A stretch of DNA of 64,000 nt from Hydrolagus colliei (lineage: Eukaryota): contig CM068743.1 of NCBI GenBank assembly GCA_035084275.1, positions 56,544,001 through 56,608,000 of the forward strand, read 5' to 3'. How positions within the stretch are numbered: position 1 is the first letter of the stretch; each line of letters begins with the position of its first letter. Shown here one piece after another: positions 63,750 to 64,000 of this stretch. The notes under the pieces were generated by a model, which saw only the letters and a list, made by a program, of their open reading frames with translations, searched no databases and was not told where the DNA came from. A program made the translations under genes and the position numbers.

Positions 63750-63946
63750 CTAGAGTTTTTCTCCACATGAGCCAATCTGAACCACACCTCCTGCTCCTTT
63801 CTCACACAATTCAATGTTCCTACTCTTCAAACATTCATCTAATTTTCCTCGAAAACAGAATTTAGGCAGCGTGCTTTGACAACAGTTATTGCCAGACAAT
63901 TCCATATTGCAATCACACTCTAACGATTTTTTTGTTTTAACCTTCA
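63750..63946 (-). CDS. Candidate phase-1 exon, open ~65 codons
   Basis: atttatag|TG AAG GTT..; KVKTKKSLECDCNMELSGNNCCQSTLPKFCFRGKLDECLKSRNIELCEKG. Confidence 0.3.
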
Positions 63947-64000
63947 CTATAAATATTTTGACAGGACAAAAAAAAGTGCTCTAGCATTTCTATACAGGGT

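Overview
Vertebrate, largely non-coding, repeat-rich DNA with one 557-N assembly gap (31034-31590). The repeat set (CR1 and L2 LINEs, tRNA-headed SINEs with L2-like tails, DeuSINE cores, many LF-SINE-like copies) points to a cartilaginous fish, plausibly a holocephalan such as elephant shark (inference). All long ORFs are LINE reverse-transcriptase remnants or artefacts of the gap and a minisatellite. I could not recognise any host gene. The unique DNA between repeats is not featureless. The minus strand carries about 15 exon-shaped cassettes (acceptor, mostly phase 1, often a GT donor). Some are stop-free, others are decayed, and at least two pairs are clear local paralogues, suggesting an exon array in birth-and-death turnover or a decayed multi-exon gene. 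There is also a perfect 32-bp hairpin at 40316-40385 with a third copy of its arm about 1.35 kb downstream, and a few plus-strand phase-2 exon candidates. Many repeat boundaries are approximate (read by eye).
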